Assembly: GCA_030603365.1 (NCBI GenBank)
Contig: JAUVXV010000011.1
Coordinates: 1-64,000 of the forward strand
From: Candidatus Heimdallarchaeota archaeon
Lineage (GTDB): Archaea > Asgardarchaeota > Heimdallarchaeia > Heimdallarchaeales > Heimdallarchaeaceae
DNA: 64,000 nucleotides
Direction of reading: 5' to 3'
The position numbers and the translations under genes were made by a program. The notes under the pieces were generated by a model that worked only from the letters and a program-made list of their open reading frames with translations, searched no databases and was not told the origin of the DNA. This document shows positions 29,717 to 39,762 of the stretch, piece by piece; within the stretch, counting starts at the first letter, position 1; each line of letters starts with the position of its first letter.

Positions 29717-30391
29717 ATGAAAAACCATAGTAGTGATGAGCAAAATACAACTGATATATCTTTTGATAAATTGAAAGGCTTATACAATGAAACTAGGTTT
29801 GGTATAATTACATACTTATCTATTTACAAAGAGCTTACACTGGATGACCTGTCAGATTTACTAGGACGGAGTAAATCAACTATTCATTATCATATTCAAA
29901 TATTACTGGATTTAGAGATTCTACATGAAACTACAAGAAATGGTAGCAAAATTCATTATTTCTCTATAAAACCAGAAGGCTTAGCTGGAGGTATCTTTCA
30001 AGATATTAGTTTTTTGAAAAATCTGGATGATCGGGAAAGGGGTGATTACTTTAGCGATGGGATAAATGCAATAAGAACCTTAGTTGCATCCATAGTTAAG
30101 TTACTTAAGCTGCAGGATAGCAATTTTGAACAACAGAGTAAATCTGTTGATTCTTTAACCTTTGAACAACTGGAGCTAAAATTATGGGAAAATAGTGATT
30201 TTTTCCTTAATATTACCCAATTCCCAAAAGGATTTCTCCCAATCTATCAAGAAGAATTGAATAAATTCACTCAGACTATCAAAAAGAAGCTCAAGGAATT
30301 CCCCCCGTCTTCAGAGGGAAGTGATAATTTTGCATATTCACTGATTCTACCTGTTGGAAGGTTGTTAAAAGAACAATTTACAAAAAAGTAA
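29717..30391 (+). CDS. ArsR-family HTH regulator
   Basis: LTLDDLSDLLGRSKSTIHYHIQIL. Confidence 0.8.
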   Translation: MKNHSSDEQNTTDISFDKLKGLYNETRFGIITYLSIYKELTLDDLSDLLGRSKSTIHYHIQILLDLEILHETTRNGSKIHYFSIKPEGLAGGIFQDISFLKNLDDRERGDYFSDGINAIRTLVASIVKLLKLQDSNFEQQSKSVDSLTFEQLELKLWENSDFFLNITQFPKGFLPIYQEELNKFTQTIKKKLKEFPPSSEGSDNFAYSLILPVGRLLKEQFTKK

Positions 30392-30501
30392 AAGGAATAT
30401 TCTACCATTACTTTATGGTAATTATTCTGAATACAGTATCCATGCGAAATTCAAAAAATACTCCGAATATTTTAGAAATTCTTACTATTCCCATAACTCA
30501 T

Positions 30502-31767
30502 TTAAAGCTCAAACTTGTAATATTCGGAGAATGTTTCATCAAAATTACCATTTTCTCTTTGGTTCTCCTTCAAGTAGAATTTTACTTCTAAACTCCTCTC
30601 ATTACCATCGTATAAACTATGCCATAATGTTCGAGAAAATCCAGGTTGGTTTACTATTTCTTTCCGATAAATATCAGGTATCCATTCAGCAACTTTAGAT
30701 GTTGTAACCTCCGAATTAGTTTCTTTTATGAATTCTTTTGTATATCTCTTGTTATTTCCTTTCAAAAATACTTCTAACTGCTTATATCTTTGAAATGAAC
30801 TAGTTCCTGTCTTTACAAGAGAGAACTTCTCAGGAAAGGTTTTTAGGAAAAATCTTACGATTTTTCTTTCAGAAAATTGAGAGAGTGGATGGTTAGTTAG
30901 TAGTTGATATTTTCCTTTGTTTTCTATCACCTGTGCATTACTTCTATCTGGTGAAAATTCAAAGACAAAAGAATTACCCTCTCTATCCGCAATAAGGTAA
31001 TGACAAGGAATATTGGTAAAATAATGTTTATTTTGTAATAAGGCTCTTTTCGCTTCTTCAACAGATGCACAATTATCCAGCAAATACCTCATACTTTGTA
31101 ATTCATTAAAACCAACTCCAACATTAGTGACCCTTTGATTCGAGTTTTTTGCCATTGCTATTTCATCACCATTTACACAAACCATTAATCCTTCTGAGTT
31201 TATTCCATCTAATACTCCGGATAAATGTTCAAATGCTGAAATGTAAAGCGAAGCATAACCTCCATCCTCGGGATATATCTTTAAGATATATGGATCACCC
31301 ATTATTGGTCTAACATTCTTCATCTCTTCTGGAGTTTGTAATCCGAATAATTCAAAATTGGACACCCTCACAAAATCATAATTTCGACTTAAAATTCCTG
31401 TATTTGCTTTTGTTGAAGCTGGAGAAAAATAAATGGATGAGCATCCAAATTCCTTACTCATATCCAGATGATTGTATGGAAGTGAAAAGCAATCGTAAAG
31501 TGGATTTTCATAATCAATTCCAAACGAATCAGCTACTCCTTTAGCACGTTCAACTATTATAGGATAATTATGTGTGAAATAATTCATACGTTGTTTAGAA
31601 ATACTAATATCATCCGATTTTGTCGCTTCATTTGAATTCGAATGATTTTTTTTTATCATCTCTACTAGCTTTCTTCCTATTTCTCTATTTGTTCCTTCAA
31701 GATTCGCATATCTAACATTCATCAAGTGTTCTTTACTTCTTGTTAACAATTTTTCTGTATATTTCAA
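30502..31767 (-). CDS. C45-family autoproteolytic Ntn acyltransferase/hydrolase
   Basis: G-CSS cleavage site, RNYD, DGINSEG, TNH motifs. Confidence 0.8.
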   Translation of the reverse strand: MKYTEKLLTRSKEHLMNVRYANLEGTNREIGRKLVEMIKKNHSNSNEATKSDDISISKQRMNYFTHNYPIIVERAKGVADSFGIDYENPLYDCFSLPYNHLDMSKEFGCSSIYFSPASTKANTGILSRNYDFVRVSNFELFGLQTPEEMKNVRPIMGDPYILKIYPEDGGYASLYISAFEHLSGVLDGINSEGLMVCVNGDEIAMAKNSNQRVTNVGVGFNELQSMRYLLDNCASVEEAKRALLQNKHYFTNIPCHYLIADREGNSFVFEFSPDRSNAQVIENKGKYQLLTNHPLSQFSERKIVRFFLKTFPEKFSLVKTGTSSFQRYKQLEVFLKGNNKRYTKEFIKETNSEVTTSKVAEWIPDIYRKEIVNQPGFSRTLWHSLYDGNERSLEVKFYLKENQRENGNFDETFSEYYKFEL

Positions 31768-31812
31768 CTCATACCACCATCAATATTCATCTATTATTAA
31801 ATAATTCCAATA

Positions 31813-31873
31813 TTCGAAACAATATCGATTTTTCGAATATATAACATTTTCGAAATTAGACAATATATTCGAA
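31813..31873. promoter_or_regulatory. Array of four TTCGAA palindromes upstream of the C45 gene
   Basis: TTCGAA at 31813, 31832, 31849, 31868. Confidence 0.5.
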
Positions 31874-32148
31874 TATTGAATTAAAAGTGCTTTAAACTAA
31901 AGAAAACGTGAATTAGAAGAGCTCAAATACTTAATTGGTATAGTTAGAGATCTAAATAAACAAAAAGAATCAGAAAATACTCAGTGAGAAAGTGAGTTAT
32001 CCGTTGAAACAGAAGAGAAGTTGTATATAAGTTCAGGACTTTTTCGTCATTATCTTGGTCTGTAGTTCTCAATTTTACATCTTTTAAACCTTGTTGCAAG
32101 GTTGAATTCATTTTCAAAGATATACCTTCTTGTCAAGAGGACTTTCCT

Positions 32149-32173
32149 AAGAAGATGCCTTCACAACAAGGTT
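32149..32173 (-). repeat. 25-bp boundary motif, copy E
   Basis: AAGAAGATGCCTTCACAACAAGGTT, 20/25 to the consensus. Confidence 0.65.
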
Positions 32174-32357
32174 AACGTTACCAAATAATAAGAGAACGAC
32201 ATGAAAAGATTAGTATTGAAGAGATTAAGCAATATTCTTAAGAGTGATAAATTTATAACAGTCACAATAAAATAAATTATTACAATTTTATTTCTCATAT
32301 TTTTAGGAGTGGTAACTGCAACTCAAAGAAAGAAACCATCCTAAAATTTTCTTTTTT

Positions 32358-32382
32358 CAAACAGTATGTAGACAACGAGGTT
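32358..32382 (-). repeat. 25-bp boundary motif, copy A (overlaps the M28 stop codon)
   Basis: CAAACAGTATGTAGACAACGAGGTT. Confidence 0.7.
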
Positions 32383-33577
32383 ATATAGGTGCCATTTTGT
32401 TAAATTCAATTACTGTAGCTATTGTTGTTTGAGTAACCTTCTTGATGAAATCGAAGTCTAACTTATCAATTGTATCTGCTTTTGTGTGATGATATGGAGA
32501 ACGGAAATTTGCTGTATCTGTTATCATCAATGCAGGGATGTTTTCTTTCCAGAAAGGAGAATGATCTGAAAGAAGTAAATCATATAACCATTTAGCTATC
32601 TTCTCGAATTTGAAAGGTATTCTTGCCCACAGATAAGGAAGCTTAATGCCTTCGTTTTTACAGTTTTTGCAGAATATCTTTCCAAGTTCCCTAGAGTTTT
32701 TATCACTCACAACAGCTATAAAATCAACAATTCTTTTACGAGCTTTTACTTTGTATGATGGTAATAACAAAGGGTTCAATAAAGGAGGGAAAAACTGAGT
32801 GTTTTTTCTTTTAGTAGAATAGCCAATTGTCACTAAATTAATTACTCCTTTAATTTTCTTATCCACGTCTAAAGCTTTCTTAACCCAGTAGTCACTCCCT
32901 ACAAGACCAAGTTTGCCTACACTAGATGTTCTGGTAATGTGTGATCTAGTTTTTATTATATACGCTATGTATTCTTTCTCAGAATCAGTAAGATTGTCCT
33001 TAACCACTTCAAATGCTTTTTGCCACACATCTACTATTGGTTGACCCTTTGCTAGACCTAAAGTAACAGAAGAATAGAATTTCTTAAACATTTTTTGAGT
33101 ATGATAAGAGGTATAACGATGATTTTCATCAACAATTCCGAGCTCTAAAGCTTTATTTCGATCTCCTTGATCAAAAGTAGGACCTAATTCCTCTAGCGTG
33201 AAACTGATAAAACGAACATTTCCTGAAAAGTTTCTAGAAGCTAATATTCTTGCTACTTCTAGCATTGCGGCTACAGCTGAACCACTATCATTTGCCCCAG
33301 GAGAATTGAATCCAGTATCATAATGACTAGTAACCAAAATTTCAGGTTTAGAATCATCTCCCATATATCCTTCTATATTTCTAAAAACCATATCTGTACC
33401 TTCAACTTTGAAAGTTTGTTCATTTGTTTTTATACCATATTTTTTAAATTCTGAACTAATATAATCTGCTGTTTCATTCAGTTTTTGAGGATCAAAAATA
33501 TGGTGTTTAACACCTTCAATAGATAAGACATGTTGGAAAAGTTTCTCCACATCTACTTTATAAGGTATATCATTCAT
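32381..33577 (-). CDS. M28 family metallopeptidase (copy with altered motifs)
   Basis: SHYDT, GAND, LEE, SDH, YHH motifs; NLVTIG and LLSDH replace NLETIG and LRSDH. Confidence 0.88.
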   Translation of the reverse strand: MNDIPYKVDVEKLFQHVLSIEGVKHHIFDPQKLNETADYISSEFKKYGIKTNEQTFKVEGTDMVFRNIEGYMGDDSKPEILVTSHYDTGFNSPGANDSGSAVAAMLEVARILASRNFSGNVRFISFTLEELGPTFDQGDRNKALELGIVDENHRYTSYHTQKMFKKFYSSVTLGLAKGQPIVDVWQKAFEVVKDNLTDSEKEYIAYIIKTRSHITRTSSVGKLGLVGSDYWVKKALDVDKKIKGVINLVTIGYSTKRKNTQFFPPLLNPLLLPSYKVKARKRIVDFIAVVSDKNSRELGKIFCKNCKNEGIKLPYLWARIPFKFEKIAKWLYDLLLSDHSPFWKENIPALMITDTANFRSPYHHTKADTIDKLDFDFIKKVTQTTIATVIEFNKMAPI

Positions 33578-33628
33578 TTTACTTCGCAATCTTTAGAAAT
33601 TAAAGTTTATATACTTTTTCTAGTTTTT

Positions 33629-33653
33629 TGATAGGTAGGTTGACAATAAGGTT
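33629..33653 (-). repeat. 25-bp boundary motif, copy B
   Basis: TGATAGGTAGGTTGACAATAAGGTT. Confidence 0.7.
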
Positions 33654-33701
33654 TTTTCAGTACTCTAGGTTCATTATTCTAAACTTCTCTATATTGCTTG
33701 T

Positions 33702-34637
33702 TTAAAGTTTCTTTTGGACTACAGATATTACAACATTCCCCTTTTTGTGCCCTTTATCGACATACTTGTGAGCTTCGACCATTTGCTCCAAAGGATAACT
33801 TCTATCTATGAATGGTTTAATCTTCTCCTTCTCAATTAGATCTCTAAGGAAAGTCATTTTTTCTGTTGTTTCAGAAGTCATAGATTTTGCTGTAAGAAAG
33901 ATACCATTTGGTTTAAGTGCGCTTTTACATTTTTTGTCTGAAACCTTAACTACTGTTTCAAAAACAACATCATAAGTTTCACTACTTTGTGTAAAATCTT
34001 CCTTGGTGTAATCAATTATTTTATCAGCTCCTAACGATTTCACCATTTCTATTTTATCGGTACTGCATACACCAGTAACCTCAGCTCCAAAGTACTTAGC
34101 TAGTTGTACTGCATAACTACCAATACTTCCAGAAGCACCATAGATAAGAACTTTCTGTCCTTTCTGGATATTGGCTTTTCGAAGAATATGCAATGAAGCC
34201 ATACCTGCAACAGGAACTGCAGCTGCTTCTTCGTATGTTAAATTGGCAGGTTTTATTGCCACAACTCCCATCTTCCATTCTTCTGGCAGACACACATACT
34301 CTGCATAAGAACCTTGTTTCAACATAGTGGTAGTTCCAAAAATTTGATCACCTTTTTTAAACAGCTTGACATCTTTGCCTACTGATTCAACTGCTCCTGC
34401 AAACTCATAGCCTAGTATAGGTTTTCTGGGTTTTCGAATACCATACATTAACCGCAACGCGAAAGTAAAGAATTTGGAATCTGGGTGTTTACCTTTTCGT
34501 CCGTTCACAACTGCAGCGTTTACTGTTGTCCCATAAACTTTTACAAGTAGTTCATTGTCCTTGGGAGTAGGCTTCTCTATCTCTCTTAGTTCAAGAACCT
34601 CTGGTGGTCCGTATTTTTCATAAACTATTGCTTTCAT
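33702..34637 (-). CDS. MDR oxidoreductase (copy 8)
   Basis: Constant blocks; GASGSIG motif. Confidence 0.92.
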   Translation of the reverse strand: MKAIVYEKYGPPEVLELREIEKPTPKDNELLVKVYGTTVNAAVVNGRKGKHPDSKFFTFALRLMYGIRKPRKPILGYEFAGAVESVGKDVKLFKKGDQIFGTTTMLKQGSYAEYVCLPEEWKMGVVAIKPANLTYEEAAAVPVAGMASLHILRKANIQKGQKVLIYGASGSIGSYAVQLAKYFGAEVTGVCSTDKIEMVKSLGADKIIDYTKEDFTQSSETYDVVFETVVKVSDKKCKSALKPNGIFLTAKSMTSETTEKMTFLRDLIEKEKIKPFIDRSYPLEQMVEAHKYVDKGHKKGNVVISVVQKKL

Positions 34638-34702
34638 TATTGCTTCAACTTTGTTTAAGATTTTATGTTAAAAGCCTATATGCAAATAAATACTTAATGA
34701 TT

Positions 34703-35071
34703 TCACAAGAAAAATACCGTACTTGCATAGTAGATTGTTAGAGCATTAAAGACAAAGCTTACTGTGAGCAAAAATATGTCAAAAGGCTTATACCCTTTTA
34801 TTCCAGCAAGATTAAAGAGAAGAAAGAAACTAGCTATGACGATGTTTACTATACTATTAGCAGGAAATCCCAATATCAATGAAAGAAAAACCATAACTAT
34901 TGGAATCACCATTAATACTGCTATTCCAAACCACACTATCTGACCTACTTTCTTACCTTCTATTTCTCCAGGTGTTAATTCCCCTGCAAAAATTCTTAGC
35001 ACATCACCTAACAAATAACATAACATACAAGCTACCCATAAGATTGAAAGTATTATATTTAAATCTTCCAT
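34703..35071 (-). CDS. DUF6326-like membrane protein
   Basis: MEDLNIILSILWVACMLCYLLGDVLR..IPIVMVFLSL; true start probably the ATG at 35071. Confidence 0.75.
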   Translation of the reverse strand: MEDLNIILSILWVACMLCYLLGDVLRIFAGELTPGEIEGKKVGQIVWFGIAVLMVIPIVMVFLSLILGFPANSIVNIVIASFFLLFNLAGIKGYKPFDIFLLTVSFVFNALTIYYASTVFFL

Positions 35072-35121
35072 ATTCCAATTTGGTAGGTTAAGAAATAAAA
35101 ACTTTTGTAATTTTCTTAAAG

Positions 35122-35146
35122 AAGAAGGTATGTTGACAACAGGGTT
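35122..35146 (-). repeat. 25-bp boundary motif, copy C
   Basis: AAGAAGGTATGTTGACAACAGGGTT. Confidence 0.75.
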
Positions 35147-35184
35147 ATTTTTGGAACCTTTTACAAAAAAAAAGAAAAAATAAT

Positions 35185-36882
35185 TTACTCTATTTTTATT
35201 TCCTCTGGCAACACCATCCATACATGAGTATCCAAGAAGGGTTTTATCCAATCTTCTAGTGAGAAATTTATTTTTCCATCTTTATACCAAATAGGCACAT
35301 CAGGTTTAGCTTTGTAAATGTCTACAATTCTACATCTATCAAGATTAAGTTTCGCTATTTCTGCAGCTTTTTCAAAAGCTTTCTTTATACTTCCAAGTTC
35401 ATCAACTAGACCTATTTCTTTAGCATCTTTACCAGACCACACTCTTCCTCCGCAGTATTTTACAAATTCCTTTCTATCCATTTTACGGAATTCTGCTACA
35501 TGATCTAGAAATACATCATAGATTTCGTTTATCCCTTTGAAAACTATATTTCTTTCTTCTTCTGAAAAAGGTTTTTCTGAACTATAAATTCCAGCTCTTT
35601 CTCCTCTACGTAGAAAAACTCTGTTAATCCCTTGTTTTTTAAGACTTTCTTGAGTTATGAATTTTAAGTTAATTACACCAATGGAACCTGTTAATGTCAT
35701 AGGCTGAGATACAACCCAGCTTGAAGAAGTCGCAATATAATATCCTCCTGACGCAGCTACATCGCTGAAGTATGTAACAACTGGTTTCTTCTTAACTAGT
35801 TCTTTTATTGCTGATCTCATTGCTTCAGAGGCAACTGCAGAACCTCCACCAGAATTGACATGAAAAACAACAGCTTTGACTTTTTTATCTCGCTTTGCTT
35901 TTCTAAGAAGGTGTACAATAGTTTGATCTCCTGCTTGGTCATCACCAAAAATAGGGATGGGTAGCTTAATTGGAGGTTTCTTACTTTTACCATCTATTAT
36001 TAAACCTTCAACAGATATAACTGCTATTGTATTCTTAGCTGGCTTTGGTTTAGGGATTTTAAGCTTCTTTAGGGATTTTTCCCAAGTTGTTAATACTAGT
36101 TTCTTCCTTTTAGAATATTCTTTTTTTACATATTCAATTAAATCTTCTTCACCAATTATTGTGTGAACCAATCCTTTTACCAAAGAATCTTTAGCTGTAT
36201 AAGGAGCATTATTCACTAACTCAATAATCTCTTTTTCTGATTTATCTAGAGCCAAACTAACATCTGAAACGAAAGTGTCAAAAGCAGAATCAATGATAGC
36301 TTGATATTGCTCCCTATCTTCTTTGGAAATGCTACTCTTTGAGAACATATCCCCTGCAGATTTGTAAGGAGAAATTGGAACAGCATCAACAGATAGGTCT
36401 CTTTTTGCTAAAGCATCTTTCATAAGCAAACGAGATAACTGAAGACCTATTATGTTAAGATTTCCAGCTTGTTGAAGACAAATTTCATCAGCTGCAGTTG
36501 CTACATAAAATTTAAAGAAATCATATCCGTGAGCATAGACTATAACTTTTTTTCCAGTTTTTCTAAAATCTAGAAGAAGATCTCTAAGTGATTGCGTTTT
36601 AGCTAGTCCTTCAGGTTGTTTTCTTAAGTGAATAATTATTCCTTCAAATTTAGGTAACTTGCTTAAACGATTAAAATATTCTTCAAGAAAAGCAAGAGAA
36701 AGAATTTTGGAAGGGAATAATCTTTTTTGGATGAAATTCTTACGAGGTTCAGGTCTTTCATTCAGTGGTATATCTAAATCAAGATAAATCCATCGAAGTT
36801 TTTTTGATTTAATTCCTCTATGTAGGTTTCTAATCGTCCTTATAATGGATTTAAAAGCTCTATCAATTATCATTTTAGTCAT
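35185..36882 (-). CDS. sppA: Signal peptide peptidase SppA (long, 67K type)
   Basis: YKSAG, VNSGGGS, AASGGYY, TGSIGV, GRVWSG motifs. Confidence 0.92.
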   Translation of the reverse strand: MTKMIIDRAFKSIIRTIRNLHRGIKSKKLRWIYLDLDIPLNERPEPRKNFIQKRLFPSKILSLAFLEEYFNRLSKLPKFEGIIIHLRKQPEGLAKTQSLRDLLLDFRKTGKKVIVYAHGYDFFKFYVATAADEICLQQAGNLNIIGLQLSRLLMKDALAKRDLSVDAVPISPYKSAGDMFSKSSISKEDREQYQAIIDSAFDTFVSDVSLALDKSEKEIIELVNNAPYTAKDSLVKGLVHTIIGEEDLIEYVKKEYSKRKKLVLTTWEKSLKKLKIPKPKPAKNTIAVISVEGLIIDGKSKKPPIKLPIPIFGDDQAGDQTIVHLLRKAKRDKKVKAVVFHVNSGGGSAVASEAMRSAIKELVKKKPVVTYFSDVAASGGYYIATSSSWVVSQPMTLTGSIGVINLKFITQESLKKQGINRVFLRRGERAGIYSSEKPFSEEERNIVFKGINEIYDVFLDHVAEFRKMDRKEFVKYCGGRVWSGKDAKEIGLVDELGSIKKAFEKAAEIAKLNLDRCRIVDIYKAKPDVPIWYKDGKINFSLEDWIKPFLDTHVWMVLPEEIKIE

Positions 36883-36989
36883 TTAGTAAAACGAATCAAT
36901 GCTTATATTTATTTCTGTGTTTAAGAAAAAAAATTGAAAATGCTAGTTTTCAGAAAAATTTAAACATACTAATTAGGATAGTGTAAATT

Positions 36990-37664
36990 ATGTTCCGTCT
37001 TAAAAGCTATGAACCTCCTCTGAGGATTCAAATCACAATCAAGAACCTGTTTATTATCATGGCGTATGTTTTGAATCTAACATTCTTCTTAGCGATTGCT
37101 TATTATCCAGAGAAATATCAATTTTTTAGTGAACACATCAGTAATCTTGGTTCTTTCGAAAGTGCGTTGGGAGCAATTAACATTATTTCTATGAGGATAA
37201 TTATTGTTGGATTTGGAATATGTTCATTACTTCTTCTAGCTGTAGCAATACTGTATTTTACTAGAAGAGATCTATATCTTTGGCATGTTAAAGGAATTCT
37301 CTCACTAATAGTTGCTTTTGGTGTAGCTTGTGATGCAATACCTTCTGATCATCCAAAGCTTTGGGTTTTACATATAATTGGTGCATCCGCATTTATTGGT
37401 GGATTTGCAGCCTTTAACGCAGTATTGCAAATTTCTAGTACGATTAAGAAACGTAAAGATAAACAAGAAGAGGTTAACAAAGTAGATACTATTTGGGATA
37501 TATTCCTTTCCATTGTTTTGATACTTTTACTAATAGGATACTTCACAATCTTTGCATTAAATCTTGACAATTTAGGGATTAGCAATCTAGACGCAATATT
37601 CCAGAAAGTTATAATCTTTGCTGAGATTCTTGCGCTATACTTTATTGATAATAAAGATGTATGA
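36990..37664 (+). CDS. DUF998-like membrane protein
   Basis: HISNLG motif, LHxxGA, five TM helices. Confidence 0.6.
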   Translation: MFRLKSYEPPLRIQITIKNLFIIMAYVLNLTFFLAIAYYPEKYQFFSEHISNLGSFESALGAINIISMRIIIVGFGICSLLLLAVAILYFTRRDLYLWHVKGILSLIVAFGVACDAIPSDHPKLWVLHIIGASAFIGGFAAFNAVLQISSTIKKRKDKQEEVNKVDTIWDIFLSIVLILLLIGYFTIFALNLDNLGISNLDAIFQKVIIFAEILALYFIDNKDV

Positions 37665-37744
37665 AAGATTAAATTTAGTGAACTTCTCTTTTTCTTATTT
37701 TGATAAGTACTTTAGATTTTAGAAATCAATGATTCATTAATTAT
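37612..37744 (+). repeat. ~133-bp direct repeat, copy 1 (DUF998 3' end plus spacer)
   Basis: Near-identical to 40075-40209. Confidence 0.92.
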
Positions 37745-37924
37745 ACTCAAAATACTAGTTCAAACGATATAACAATAATCATATTTATCACAATTATAAT
37801 TCTTTCAGATTGACATACAGTTGTTTGAGAAAAACTAGATTTCAGATTATATTGCTTGAAATCCTCTTTGCAGAATTTACAAAGGAAACTAGTTGTCTCG
37901 CTTTTTCTATTATATCTAGGGCAT

Positions 37925-37949
37925 AAGAAGGTATGTTAACAGCAAGGTT
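37925..37949 (-). repeat. 25-bp boundary motif, copy D
   Basis: AAGAAGGTATGTTAACAGCAAGGTT. Confidence 0.75.
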
Positions 37950-37954
37950 AAATG

Positions 37955-38161
37955 TTACCATATCTTGTGATGATATTGTATTGTAGCAATGGTGACTTGA
38001 GTTATCTTCTTTATGAAATCGAAATCCAATTTGTCAATAGTATCTGCTTTAGTATGATAATAGGGGTAGCGAAAGTTCGCTGTATCAGTGATCATCAAAG
38101 CAGGAATGTTTTCCCTCCAGAAAGGAGCATGATCTGAACGTAGTGTATCCATTAACCATTT
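37955..38161 (-). pseudogene. M28 peptidase C-terminal fragment
   Basis: KWLMDTLRSDHAPFW..DTIDKLDFDF; 5' end abuts the beta-helix gene stop. Confidence 0.9.
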
Positions 38162-38163
38162 AA

Positions 38164-39762
38164 CTATTTTCTCTTTCTTTTATGGAGAACTGCAACAACA
38201 AACAGAAAGAGAATAGAGACAGAAAAGAGTAGAATAGGAGAGAGAGTAGAAAACTCAGGAACAATGGCAGAAACAGTAAAGGAGTAATAGGTACCATTGT
38301 TGTCGTTAGTAGCTTCATTGTGGCTTATTGAACTATCAATAGCTGTAATATAATAATCAATAACGCTACCAACAGTGAACGGACCAATAGTTGCTTGATA
38401 AATTGATCCAGTATAAAGAGTCATAGAAATAACTAACCATCCACCACCATTAATTCGATAATGTAGAGTAACAGAATCGATACCAGAAGAGTGGCTGACT
38501 GTAGCAGAAATGGTTATAGTATCAGAATTTGTGGGGGAAGAGGGATTGTGATTGACACTTTCGATAAGTGGAGGAGTTAGAATACATTCAGAAGGATACA
38601 AATCTGAGGAATTAGCAGAACCATCAATAGAATAATGTTCGCTTCCGTTCCAATCAGACCAACAGTTGCCTTGTAATAATAATTGATCATACCATAGGTT
38701 GTAAGTTCCATCTTCAAATCCTTGTGACGTACCACCAAAATTGTTATTATAGAAAATATTTCTGTAAATAAGATTGTAAGAGGTTGAACTAAAAATGTAA
38801 ACTCCATAAGCAACATTGTCTTGTATGAAGTTTTCATTAATAACATTGAAATTGGATTGGTATAGGTGGACACCATACAAGTCGTTGTTGCTAAAATTAT
38901 TAGCACTTAAAATGTTATTATGAGAAGAATAAAGCGAGATACCATATTGGTTGTTGCTAAAATTATTAGCACTTAAAATGTTATTACCAGAATTACTAAG
39001 CAAGATACCTTCCAAGTCGTTGTAACTACAATTATTGGCACTTAAAATGTTATTACCAGAATCACCAAGCAAGATACCCTCCCTCTGGTTGTAACTACAA
39101 TTATTGGCACTTAAAATGTTATTATGAGAAGAATCAAGCGAGATACCCTTCCTCTGGTTGTAGCTACAATTATTAGCACTTAAATTGTTATTACTAGAAC
39201 CACCAAGCAAGATACCCTCATACAGGTTGTTGCTACAATTATTAGCACTTAAAATGTTATTACTAGAAAGAGAAAGCAAGATACCTACCTCGCCGTTGTT
39301 GCTACAATTATTAGCACTTAAAATGTTATTATGAGAAGAAGAAAGATAGATACCATGATTGATATTTTTTTCACATGTATTGTTTGTTATTGTTGCTGTA
39401 CCATCAGCAATATTCAAAATATAAATACCATGATCTAGTGCATTAACATAACAATTATTGATAATAAAATGTTTTGTTGTACCTGAGATTCTAATACCTA
39501 CACTGCTAGTTGTTGTAATATTGTAACCCTCAATAATATAAGGATCTCCAGGTATTCCTGAACCGAGATAAGGGCTAAATCCGCTATCATCAGTAATACT
39601 TATTGGTCCATGTGCAGTTAGAGCTGAAACGAATATTTGCGTATTATTAGAGTTTTCTTGTATATAATTAGTTGAGAGAAAAGAAACTGCGAGTACAATT
39701 ATTACTGCTACTGTTTTTGAAATTTTTAATTTACTACTTTTTACTTTTTTCACTCTCATCAT
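38164..39762 (-). CDS. Secreted right-handed beta-helix (NosD/PbH1) surface protein with a PEF-CTERM-type anchor
   Basis: Signal peptide, DPYIIEG, 23-aa repeats, GNCWSD, Ig-like domain, VPEF plus TM plus KRKRK. Confidence 0.88.
   Translation of the reverse strand: MMRVKKVKSSKLKISKTVAVIIVLAVSFLSTNYIQENSNNTQIFVSALTAHGPISITDDSGFSPYLGSGIPGDPYIIEGYNITTTSSVGIRISGTTKHFIINNCYVNALDHGIYILNIADGTATITNNTCEKNINHGIYLSSSHNNILSANNCSNNGEVGILLSLSSNNILSANNCSNNLYEGILLGGSSNNNLSANNCSYNQRKGISLDSSHNNILSANNCSYNQREGILLGDSGNNILSANNCSYNDLEGILLSNSGNNILSANNFSNNQYGISLYSSHNNILSANNFSNNDLYGVHLYQSNFNVINENFIQDNVAYGVYIFSSTSYNLIYRNIFYNNNFGGTSQGFEDGTYNLWYDQLLLQGNCWSDWNGSEHYSIDGSANSSDLYPSECILTPPLIESVNHNPSSPTNSDTITISATVSHSSGIDSVTLHYRINGGGWLVISMTLYTGSIYQATIGPFTVGSVIDYYITAIDSSISHNEATNDNNGTYYSFTVSAIVPEFSTLSPILLFSVSILFLFVVAVLHKRKRK
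38880..39355 (-). repeat. Seven intragenic 69-bp tandem repeats (one of 66 bp)
   Basis: GCACTTAA recurs at 38903, 38969, 39038, 39107, 39176, 39245, 39314. Confidence 0.95.

Noticed and set aside
35072-35251. N-terminal extension of the 34703-35251 ORF
   Set aside because: It runs through the sppA end, an A/T tract and motif C; family-like sequence begins at MEDLN (35071).
32149-37949. Classical integron attC sites or Xer/dif sites
   Set aside because: No RYYYAAC...GTTRRRY long hairpins, no 11-6-11 arm structure and no tyrosine recombinase seen. Kept only as an unclassified motif.
38880-39355. CRISPR array or complete DGR
   Set aside because: The repeats are in-frame coding units without unique spacers. 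No cas genes, reverse transcriptase or template repeat in the window, and many adenines are invariant.
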